Assembly (NCBI GenBank): GCA_965649765.1
Contig: OZ287750.1
Location: 5,146,001 to 5,210,000, forward strand
Origin: Bispira polyomma
Lineage: Eukaryota
Length of the DNA stretch: 64,000 nt
Direction of reading: 5' to 3'
Below are positions 52,743 through 64,000 of the stretch, piece by piece (positions within the stretch are counted from its first letter, which is position 1; each line of letters opens with the position of its first letter). A program made the translations under genes and the position numbers. The notes beneath the pieces are model-generated. The model was not told where the DNA came from and searched no databases. It saw only the letters and a program-made list of their open reading frames with translations.

Positions 52743-54394
52743 AATTACAGACATACACACCACGAATGCACATCAGTTGTTTTCTTTACCATGGGGTCAA
52801 GCTATCCATTTTTACTTAGATTTGTATTTAGTGATATAAACATTCTTATGTAATTTCTATTCTGTTTTAGAATATGTTTGTATTTTGCATTTAAATTCGT
52901 TGCTTTCCTGTTACACCCAGCATCACTGAGGTTTTGACCTTTTTCTGTGATATGGCTACACAAAAATTTAGATATTACTTGATTATCACACCTTACAATC
53001 CGCCAGTACAGAGATTAAGTACTCGAAGGTCCTGTTGGATTATATTAAATAAGATTACTTTCCATGGATGACTGATAAAAAAGTTGGACTATAAATTAAT
53101 ACAAGGATTTATAGTCATTCTCTTTCAGATCTTCTAAGGAGAGAAGTCATCAAAGATTTTACTGTTGTCATTCTAAATAGACTTAGAAACCAATAAGAGG
53201 GGGAGCTGTAATTCTAAGTCACAAACAAATCAGCCACTTCCAGATCCTAAATCCCTTTAGAATCACAGCTCAAGGAGCATGTCTCCCCTACTTATTTAGT
53301 AGAGGGTATTGATAAATTGTATCCAAACTAAAACTTAACTGGGCTATTTCTATTCAATGTGGACTGTCTTTGATGCAGTAAGTCATTAATGGGCGGCTTA
53401 GTGTGTCAGCTCACAGCCATGGGGACATACATAACATGTGGAGACAGCAGAAGAGATCTCAAACTAAAGTACTTTGCAGACTACTGCAAAGTGAGTATTA
53501 GCGAGTGGTGTAATAGCGAAGTGAGTGGTTTAATTGTGTTTATGTTAGAAAGCGATACCCTCAGATTCGCTAGACACAGTGTATATAAATACGTGTTGAC
53601 TTAAATGGTGTTTACTATACTTTTTAACAACCCATGCACGCGTGGTGAGTAGAAATTAGAAAATGTTCTAATTTGAACAACTGGACTTGCAATTACCCGC
53701 CCATATGTGAATCATTTGTGAAATTTGCACAAAGACTATTGGTTTCTAAACTATTTACTCATTTTCTGGTAGAACTCACCTTGCGCTAGTCTGCAAGGGC
53801 CCTTCACGGCGAGCGTAAAACATGAACACAGAAAGCATTGTTATTTTTAAACCCCTTGCACTAATAGTAAGAGAGAATATATCCGTGTCTTACATCAATA
53901 TAAATATATATGTTAGTACTTTGTGAAGATATATAAGCTGCACAATGTGATGAAACTTGTAAGCTGAACTATGATGATCTTTTTCACAAAGAGACGTTAA
54001 AGTAAATTGCTTAGAAAATAAAGAGAAAATTGGAAATCCCATCCCATAATAACATCAATATGCAATGCTAAATCTAAGGGTACATACTAACTGTCTCCAG
54101 TCCATGCCAATTTAACTATGACTCTGACCCTGAAGGTGAGACCTTGGAAAACAGTAATATAAATATTTTTGGGTATTAATAGCTGATTTTAGCCCATCAA
54201 GACGGGGTTGAGGAATAGTGTAAGCTGTTTGTGAGAGCCTTTCACCATATCTATCTAGATAATGTAGGGCATTCCCATGTGCTAGTATATCCTGGAATAA
54301 AACATGATTTTAGGTGGGGGGGCAAAATAGTCACTGACACTTTTAAATGGTACATGACCCTGGAACACTGACCCTGTTTTTGTAGAAAAATATC

Positions 54395-54561
54395 AACTCA
54401 GAACAGTGCAGACTTCCGCCAAGGCGCGCTATAGTGCAAAAAGGTAAAAAAATTCCTGTATCTGCGGTTGAATTGGCTCCACTCTAAAATTTTAATACGT
54501 TCTCCTTGGTCCATGCTTCTGGAATTGGGACGAAAGCACGACCTCCTTTGCGGAGGTTAAA
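54395..54561 (-). mobile_element. HINE/DINE-like element, same family, internally deleted
   Basis: Hairpin ACCTCCTTTGCGGAGGT (54541-54557) and sub-terminal inverted partner ACTTCCGCCAAGG (~54412-54424). Confidence 0.65.
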
Positions 54562-55456
54562 ATGAATCATATATAACTTAGGAACAATATCCTTAACATT
54601 GGGGGGTTAGTGTGTTGGTCAGCTTGTGTAAATGTGTATAGCATGCATTAACTAGGCACTATTCATTTTAACTGCTTGCTTAAAAAAACTTGGTCCATCT
54701 GAGCATATCGACTTAGCAAGATATCAGAACTTGTCCACAGATACGTGTCAGTGACCTTGTTCTGACTCAGAAGTTGCATTTTTGACGCTTTATATCATAA
54801 ATCACTCCTAGATGAATATTCTACTGGGCAACATATTGTACATCTACGGTATTTGTGATTTGGATTCCCCCTCATCCAATTTTGTTTCTGTAATAAAAAT
54901 CCATATTCATACATGCCTACACATAACTTCTTATCGCGGCAACTGCGTGTCTTTAGGCTTTTTGAAGGGAAAGCCTAAGAAGACATGATTTCTCTCTTTT
55001 CTGAGCAGAGATAAAACCTCTCCAGTTTAAAGGTGGGGGCCAGGGAGGACAGGCATGGGAGGGGGCTAGGACTAGCAGGGGATTAGAATAAAAACTCAAA
55101 TGTGTGTCATACGTCATACAGCTAAACCTAGGTCAGCTATGACAGTAAAGTATGGAAATTTGTACCTTAATTTTAGCTGTAATGACTTAATTACATCGAG
55201 AAGTGAAAGTTTATGATCTACAGTGATAAAGGAATGATATGTAACTTGTTTTAAAGTATACAAGTAGTCAATATGTAAAAACAAATTCCAATGACTTCCC
55301 TAGAGGTTTTGAAAATGTGGAAAATTAAAGTCTGGCTAAAATGTCCAAATATACAGTATTACAATATGTTGGACTGACAAAGAAATAACACTGTAACCTG
55401 CTTTATTGGTAATTTTAGAAGCCTTTTTGATCACTTCAGACAATATTTGGTAATCT

Positions 55457-55457
<1 letters not shown>

Positions 55458-55489
<32 letters not shown>
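55458..55489. repeat. (TA)n microsatellite
   Basis: Directly visible. Confidence 0.95.
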
Positions 55490-55492
<3 letters not shown>

Positions 55493-55999
55493 CTACATAA
55501 ATTAACTATAAATATAACTGTGTAGGTAAAAGCTTTTTAAAGGAGCTATTGTGGTTGGAATGACTGAACTATGATTTTGGGGAGCAATGAAAAAACTGTG
55601 TACTTAGGGTATAGGGTGAATTATTAATTTCCTGCAAATCCCTCGAGTGTTTCTCATATATTTAAATTTTAGCTTACACGAAGAAATTGATAGGCTAAAG
55701 ATTAACTTTTCCCATTATATCCACTCGTTTAAATCCTGAAAATTTAAATTATTCTACAGATTGCCCTAGAAAACATTACAAATTGAGCTTAAAAATTTAA
55801 CAAGTTACCTCTTATGTGATTTTCAGTTGATATTTTAAGTGATGGGTAATTTTTTTTATTTAAAAGATTTACTATGAAATTCTATGTTCACTTTTTTTTC
55901 TACAATTGCTAGTATATTTCTGGGGTAAAACTGAATTCCTTTAACTAATTTTTAACTAATTATAACATCAGTCTGTAGAGTCATATTTGCTGTTTAGGC

Positions 56000-56600
56000 A
56001 GAAGGTTATGTTTCCAATGTAAGAGACTGTCGATAAACTACAGCAGATAACAGTTGCCCGACCGCAGATTGAGACGTTTCCCTCTGTGTGATTTTTGAAT
56101 TACAAAATTTATGTGAAGGGAATCCGGACATCTTAGTCTACTTTTCCTACGTTCCATATCGGCAATCGGCGACAACAATTGGCATTTTTTACATACATTA
56201 TCTATACATCTTTGTGGTTAAAAGCTTTTTCCTAAAACTGAAATCCTTACTAACTACGGGGTGATTTTTAAACCTCTACAATTAAAACAGTACAAAGAAG
56301 CTTTCAACTACAAAGATATATTGATAGTTAATATATGTAGTTAGCAAAATTGCATTGCATTTCCCAACACCTGTGACCATTGTTCACATGGAAACATATA
56401 CCTATACATCAATAAAACATATAAATCTGTCGTGGGCTGATTACCTCAGAAAATTATCCAGCATAGACCCATCCACTTAAAGCTGGACAAAAGCAATTAT
56501 TAGGCACATAGGGTTGGTTAGTATCGGCTGTCAGCTGTCATCCTCGGACACATGGAAACGTTGGCTATTAGTCATCTGGTAGATGGAAACACAGGCTTCT
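56000..56600. mobile_element. Degenerate Harbinger-like MITE
   Basis: AGAAGGTTATGTTTCCA versus reverse complement AGAAGCCTGTGTTTCCA; internal repeated TTTCC / ATGGAAAC motifs. Confidence 0.45.
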
Positions 56601-58294
56601 AAGGTTTAAATGGAAATCTAACCCATATCATACAAAAGTACCAATAGTTGATAGTCTCGTGATATATACCAGCATGCTGTGTTTTCTTTCTTCTTTTGAT
56701 GTTTAATATTGGATAGGTTTCATGTGGCTTATTCTACCAATAATTAATAATTCACACCCTGCCTCAGTCCATGAACAAATCCACAGTTTCTATAATTATA
56801 TTACTTTCGTGCATTTTCTGATAGGCTATGGTGGCTTTTGTGTGTCAAATGATATGAAAAAGTATGACATTTACAAGATTATCTCAATTTATTCAGACTT
56901 AGACTCAGAATGTAATAAATAATTCGTCTTATTGGGTGGTGAAGCACGTTTTTATGGAAACCATAATGCATGTCACCAATATTTATACTAATATTTGGTG
57001 TACAATCCTTAAACATTTCTCTACACTTAAAAATGACCTGTGAAATAACATTTGGCATGACAAGTCTATGACGTCAGAACTTGTGGACAAACATGTTCTT
57101 CCTCACATATGGATGATATTTCAGCTTAAAATATAAGTTACTGTAAACAATAGAAATATAGCCTATAACATAATCTCGCCGGAGCTCTTTTCATATTCCC
57201 GAATACGATGTATAATACACATTAATTAGTAAATACCTTTACTTTTAATTAGCAAAGCAATATAAATTCGTCATGAGAACATGGAATATTACTGTTATAT
57301 ATATTGATCTCGTCCACTGCTAGGTGTGACGTGTGGAGGTTGGTTACTGATATAGAGAAATGTATGAAATACGGTTAAATACGGTTATGCTCACAATAAA
57401 TGAGAGAAGTATTTTGTGCTCCTTGCGTGATTTCACGAGAGTGACACTAAAAAGCAATGCTAACCTATTTGATAACTAACCTAGAATTTATTTGATAAAT
57501 TATGAGTGCATGAAAACTTATTTATTAAAGCAAATATATGCGTGCATGTAAGGTATTTATTAAAAAAAATATGTGTACATATCATTTACTATCTTCTTAA
57601 ATTTCTATTATTTTTAATAGGAAATACAACGTTGGCGGTTCTTGGGTAGGTCAAAGGTCAAAGACAAGTTAAATATCCTTATATGGAAGTTATAGAACTT
57701 CTTGGTGCTGTCTAAGATGACAGATTGCTTAATTTGCATAACATCACTTATTTACTCGCTGTGGACAAACCTATGTTTTTTTCTCAAAACAAACTTTCCT
57801 TGTTAGTATTTGGTCTATTTGTGGTGTCATACTTTATACAAGCATTGTTGTAACGGTTAACAAATGAAACCTTGTCAAATACCCAGCCGACAGGAAATTA
57901 CTGCCGTAAGAGGCCATCTTCTGATTCTCTGGATAATGAGAAAAAAATGTAAGAGTGTTATGAAAAAAATGTCTGTTTTTATGGAATCCTTTTGAAAGAT
58001 TAGATTATTTCTCTCATGTAGGAGTTTTCATTGTTATTTTGTCATCCTTTTTGCATAAAAAAAACAATCCCTTACATCATAAATCTGTAATATTTCAATA
58101 GCCTTGGACTACTGTTTATATGATATACCTATGTATCACATGTTTTATACTTTATGTAATAGTTGTGTATATTGATATGTATAGCTACTGTATATAGTAT
58201 ATATGTTATTTATATCTCGTGTAATATACGTAAAAAAGTACCTCATAAGCCCATGTGTGTTGTGCTGGCTGCCATAGTTATGACTTGTTAAAAA

Positions 58295-58297
<3 letters not shown>

Positions 58298-58365
<68 letters not shown>
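58298..58365. repeat. (TA)n microsatellite
   Basis: Directly visible. Confidence 0.95.
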
Positions 58366-58367
<2 letters not shown>

Positions 58368-59434
58368 TTAATATCTCTGAGAAGTATTGATATCTTGAAA
58401 CACGTCTTGTGGTATTGAAAACAAAATGAGGTCACACTAACTGGCTCAGTATGTTGATAATATATCCATAAATGTAATATTTTAAAAATGTATAATATTT
58501 GGTTGTAACTTGTATGGACGTGTACATTGTGACGTAGGCTATTATATTATTGCCTCCCGCCCTCCCCCCCCCAGCCCACCTCCCCCCCCCCACCCCTCCA
58601 CCCACCCCCACCCACCCCCAAAAAAGGGGAAGTTATCTTTTTACTTCGGTCAGTGGCTTGGTTCGTTTGTTTTTCACCAGCAGGACCTAATGACGACCAA
58701 AGCATTTCACCCAATAAAAAAACACCAAATATCCCAACATAACCAGGATGGGTCAGCTGGAACCCCCTCTCCATCTTCTCCCCCATGGCAACCCCTTTTG
58801 GCCCCCACCTCATCAAATATGATGAAAGCAAAATCGGAGAAAGATCAATTCATCTTTGCCGACAGGCGATCCGTCTTAGTTGTGCTAGTTGGACGTGTCT
58901 CCAGTTGTAAATTAAATCAATTAGGTCAATTAGGATCAAGTCTAAAATATCAGTCACCCCTCTGCTGTAGAATAGACCAGGGATAAAGTGACAGTCCTTT
59001 GGAAGTGTGTATTAGTGTCTTGATTTAGAAAGATTGATGGTTTTACTTAAGCCTCACTTTCATTAAATAATATTACCTTGTGGAGTCTAATTTGTATATA
59101 TGTATGTGTGTGATACTGAATAAGATATCATCTGCCAATGTGGACCCATTAGTAATCAATGTTCTCAGCGACATAATTTGCTGACGGCCAATTTTCGATC
59201 GTGACATCGGATGTTGTTAGTCTCATACAAACAACGTCAAGATGTTATATTTAGACAATGAAAAATATTTCTAAAACACTCAGCACTTAGGATTTACCCC
59301 TCTGAGAGCGAAAAATTCGGATTTGGTTTTTATCTATGGGAAAAAAATAAAGATAATTTATAAGAGTGTTGCATAACATCTGTCGCTTATCGCAAATTGC
59401 ACAGATTAGAACTAAGGTTTGCCCAATTGCTCAG

Positions 59435-59610
59435 CAACACAGAGGACTTGGGTTTGGGGTGCCCAGGTGCAATGAGATGTTTTGTAGTTTGCATGACCAC
59501 TTAAAATAGACACCCTCTGTCATCAGGCACTCTCACCATTGGCATGCTAAAGAACATTGACAACGAAAAGAATCATGATAAATGGTCATCCTCGTGCCCG
59601 TGTTCTACCA
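59435..59610 (+). mobile_element. SINE family B fragment
   Basis: cagaggacttgggtttg...atgaccacttaaaat...gcatgctaaagaac. Confidence 0.5.
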
Positions 59611-59994
59611 TCTTTGAAACTGATATAGAGATGATTTGCATTGCAAATTGATTCAGTTCATAGACGTACTCCTTCTGTAACTGCCAGAAGGTTATTAAAG
59701 TTTTGATCATTTCCAAGTAGATATAAATGTTATAGATAAATTTGAGGGCAAAATAAATAGGCTGACATCTTCGTTTGACAAGTTTAAAATGCAGTTAATT
59801 TGTTGTTAGCTTTAGGGCTAGTAAACTTACTCTTACGCTTAAATTTAAGGTTACACATGTGTCTAGTAAGATAGAAAACTGTATACAAACAAGAGTTGTC
59901 TTTTAAAAAAGACACTGCTGCATAGTAAGAAATACACTACCGTTGATATGGCCACTATTTTTATTCAGACCACAGGCTGCACCTCATATAACAA

Positions 59995-60131
59995 TAAATC
60001 TGACATCCCCTCAGTTTGGCCGGGTTGATTTGCTTCTCCAACAAATCCATGAAAGCTTTATATAATTTCTAAGATGACGGCACCTTTTTCAGAATTAAAA
60101 CAAAATCAGGCTATGCCTGATAAAAAAAAAA
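59995..60131. mobile_element. Second copy of the 35266 family (single unit)
   Basis: ataaatctgacatcccctcagtttgg...ctaagatgacggcacc...ATCAGGCTATGCCTGAT followed by an A-run. Confidence 0.7.
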
Positions 60132-61507
60132 ACAGACAATAATCATTGCAAAAACTAAAAACACACTTAATTTAACAGACTTCTCTTCTTCACATGTTTT
60201 CAATGTAAAAGCAAATTATCTGGGTTTTTTACAAAGTTTTTAAACACATAATAATAATAGGTCTAAAGGGACAAAGGAAATTACCAACAAAAAAAAATCT
60301 TGTGTGGGTTTTTTACATTATATTTACTGGTCACACCAGGAAGGGATCACAGTTTTATCACTGCACTGGGACTAATGCCTTTTAGATATAGGTACTGAAG
60401 TGGATGTATTTGTGAGGAGCAGGGAGAGGGGGTAACTTTTTTAGAGGGGTGGGGGGTGGGGTGCCCATTCCAGGAACAGATCCTTATTGAAATTACCCGT
60501 GACGTTCTATTAGATTACTTTATTACCAATAGGACCATTGCACTCTGTTTGCCTTGAAGAAAAAAAGAAGTAGAAAAGAAATATCTGATCTGTAGAGGGA
60601 GAAAAAACACAGTCTAGATAATACTTCAATACATAAGTGAGGAATATTAGACTCGCACTTTGTTTTTTTTTTAAATATTATTATTTCCCCTTTTTTATTT
60701 GACAGGGTTGAGTCTCTTTGAATATAATCTAGGCATGTATTTAATGCTGTAATAAATTAGTTTACTATCAGTTTTAGATTGGCATGGTGTCTCTTTTTCC
60801 CAGGAGAAGCTTAAAGCAAATCAGATTTAGTGATATAATTAAGTAAAGCAGTGACTTCAGTTCGTGGAATACTATCAACTGACAAAAAAAGATGAACTGA
60901 GAAATGAGATTAGCCTTCCATCTGGCTCACGGTTGTCAGCAAAACTCATTTATGTTTACAACAAATTACAGTCACTGCATATGGAATAAGCATGACCTAT
61001 CAGTCACTAAAATACAGAGCCTTGCGGTAATTGTTGCCAGTAAATTTGTTTCTCTGTGTTGTCCAATAAGAGACCAGGAAAATAACCAATTTTGCCACCA
61101 TTTTTGCCGTGCGTTTCGAGCTCCCGCCGGAGGGAACTTTAAATTCATAAAACAACCAATAGATTATAATCACATAAATTTCAATGTATAACGATTTTAT
61201 TAATATATATGTATACAAAGCTCAAAGATGTGAGACATTGTCTTATGACTAATACTGTCAACTGTTAAGAGGAAAAGTTTATCTCCTCATATATGTCATA
61301 AATGACTAGATACTATTTTGTTACATATTATACTTTGTTACGTGTAACTCTTTTTAGCCATAGTGGCATATTTTACAAAAATTTAAAAAAAAAACAAGAT
61401 ATTTTAAAATTCCTGTATATTTGTAAAATTAAAAATTGTAAATAGAAAACTATCCCAAACAGCATCACATATTAACAATAAAGATACAATAATATGACCT
61501 ACAGATC

Positions 61508-61580
61508 CTCAGTGGCCGAGTGGTTAGCAAGTTCAGCATCTAATCTGTCACCTCTGTGTGGCTTCGCCTCCCTAGAGTGA
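61508..61580 (+). mobile_element. SINE head fragment
   Basis: cagtggccgagtggttagcaag...tcacctctg matches the family A head. Confidence 0.5.
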
Positions 61581-64000
61581 CAAATACTGTGTCTAATGCC
61601 ATAGAGAGTTAAAATGAATTCCTACTGATACCTATAGAGTTAATATTTTAAGTAAATAATAGGCAATAGTAAAAAGTTTAGTCCCATAAACTTCTTAAAA
61701 ATTGTAAATAAGTGAAATTTTCTTCCAGTTCAAATTGACCGTTATACAGTAGAATCTATGTAGACATTTAATTTATCATATAAAGTATTCTTTTATAAGA
61801 GGAATTAGACCCTCTGCCTGCCGGTCAGAAATAGACTTTCTCAGCTGCCAAAGAACAGATAGCCATGTGTTTAGAGAAACCCATGAATATTTAAGAGCAC
61901 ATTATATAATTCAGGTGTGTGCATTCACATTGCTATAATTCTTGAGACTCCGTCATTAAATACGAAACTGAAGCCTTCGGCAAGACTATGCTGAAGCTTC
62001 TTCCAATTGTTGGGTGTTTTATTAATATAAAAGTCATAATAGACTTCATCAAACCCATGATGACCTATGTGTGAAAGAAGCTTTTAATCCTCAATAAACA
62101 CTAGAGAAATGTCTCTACATTTTGTAGACGGTACGAGAGCTAAAATGTCTTGAAAACAATTTAACAGTATTTTATGCTGACTTATTCAGGGAAATATTCT
62201 TGTTATTGTATTGCTTTTAACTGTATTTTTAACTGTATATTCTTTGCTAGTTTTTTTTAAATTTATTTGTAACATTCCACCTTCTTTCATTTTAACCTAA
62301 TGCAGTTCTCTGCAACATATGGTATGAAATGTTTGTCTGCAATGCAATTAATTGATAGCATAAAAAATGTTTGGATTAATTACCACAAGTTAATTAAAAG
62401 ACATGCTGAGACCACGTGTTGTGTGTTTTATTTCTATTTCAATGGCTTATCCCTCGATTTTAATTTGCGAGATAAAAAAAATGGCATTTTTTGTAATACA
62501 CTGCTAGCAGGTCTTATACAAAGCGTCCTGCTGTGAAGGTTGTTGCATTGTTTTACTAAGGCAGTTGACTTAACAAATGTTGTGTATTTAACATTATTTT
62601 TTTCATTGTTTATATAATTATTGGAGTGACTTGTACAAACATAATGTATGTATATAGTAAAAATTACAAACCAACGTTTACACGTATAAGTACCCAGTCA
62701 TGTGTGGTGACTAAATGGCACTTAAAACATGAGTTAGTTGTGACAAAAAGCTAAAGGCACAAACATGCTATCCTGGATTGTATATTGTTTCATTACAAAT
62801 TAAATAGAAGCTGGGTGTATCAGGTTGACTGTACACCAGAAATAGCTTATCAATCATAAACACATAGAAAATAAAAACATTTTCTAACTTTCACGTTGGA
62901 AATTTGAAAAAGAAATAAGTTTCAAATATAAAGAAATCTAAAATAAAATTCAAAATGACTGAAATATTTGATTTGTCTTTATTCAGCTAGATATATTTTA
63001 TGGTAGGTTTAGTGTGGTATAATTAAGCTCAGTATGTATTTACGATTTATTATGTATATTATTAGGTAAGCTACACGAGTACATTATGGTCTAATTTAAT
63101 TCGACATGGCAATCAGAACATTTTGAAGAAAACGCGACGTTCAAGAAACTTATCCATATAGTGGTGTTATTTAAGAGGACACTTTATATCCCTTTTTCCA
63201 TTTCATTTTGAGAAACCCTCACAGCAAACTTTATGAATATTGGGTATAAGTCATAAGGCAACCTGCAATCACATTGTCTTCTCCATGTCTTATATTAGAG
63301 CATTATAACACACCATCACGATTCAACACAGATTCATCAAATACGTTGTCACTTTAAATGGACACATATAAGTCACTCATATTCTATTACATTGAAGAAA
63401 AAAAATGTTTTGTGTTTTTTCGGGTTTTCTGGCAATATACATATTTATAAAATGTAAAAGGCCAACAAAAAAAATAAAAAGATTGATACTTTATATCAAA
63501 GTGCCTTTATATGTATATATGATGCTAATGATACCAGTCACATCAATTTAGAGTGTTTCTAAAAGGATATCCAGCAATGAAATTTGTTATATATTATAAC
63601 AGACAGTCAACACCAGTATAGAATTCTATTTGTTTTTTATATTCGATTTGTGAAAAAAAAATCATTTTAAACTTTACACAATCCTCAATATTTAGTTTTC
63701 TTTAATTTTTGCAATTTTTAATCCTTGCTTAGGTGTAACTTTCCATTTTCTATGTAAATAAGGTTAATACATAATTCTTAAATTGTGTCAGTCTGGAACT
63801 TTTCTGGCCTTGAGTAAACGTAATAAGATGGTATTTGTTTCTGGACCAAGATAACATGATTTATGACTGTTTGATATTTTCGTAATAATCAGTTATGATG
63901 TTTGTTATTTGTTTTCTTGAGTAAAACATAGCATCTTGGGGTCCCATTCATTAAACAATTTGACCTAATGTAGCCTATATCCTTTGTTAACAGAATCAAA

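Larger units (their letters stand above)
41125..64000 (+). other. Probable large first intron of the NPR-like gene
   Basis: Begins GTAAGT; no recognisable continuation of the receptor domain was seen downstream; repeat-rich. A short exon could have been missed by eye. Confidence 0.6.

Noticed and set aside
58145-58435. YIYIYI ORFs (also 46234-46476)
   Set aside because: Translations of (TA)n microsatellites.
58510-58986. 158-aa proline-rich ORF
   Set aside because: Starts at TTG; the prolines derive from a C-tract; no domain similarity recognised.
77-62536. Remaining 60-116 aa ORFs in the track
   Set aside because: No domain signatures, many have non-ATG starts or overlap repeats; consistent with random ORFs in non-coding DNA.

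Overview
AT-rich, CpG-depleted animal genomic DNA; the repeat families suggest a marine invertebrate, probably a mollusc (inference). It is not prokaryotic: no operons, rRNA, true tRNA genes or CRISPR arrays. The only supportable host coding sequence is the first coding exon (40452-41124, +) of a natriuretic-peptide-receptor / receptor-guanylate-cyclase-like gene (signal peptide plus ANF_receptor ligand-binding domain). It ends at a GCAG|GTAAGT donor, and I found no exon 2 by eye, so intron 1 probably exceeds 22 kb. The rest is a ~38 kb gene-free upstream region plus intron, containing three families of tRNA-derived SINEs (one RUDI/V-SINE-like, with young nested copies and TSDs), 5'-truncated L2 LINEs, several PIF/Harbinger-type MITEs, Helentron-associated elements, a possible solo LTR, and mini/microsatellites. 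The signals not explained by these features are: (1) a ~2.1 kb repeat-free leader upstream of the receptor ATG with strong plus-strand (T)GGAT enrichment and an overlapping uORF; (2) a recurring 18-bp spaced palindrome TAGCCT-N6-AGGCTA; (3) an excess of perfect TGACGTCA sites; (4) recurrent enhancer-like patches next to G/C tracts. All counts were made by eye, and I cannot demonstrate a wholly new biological system from the sequence alone.
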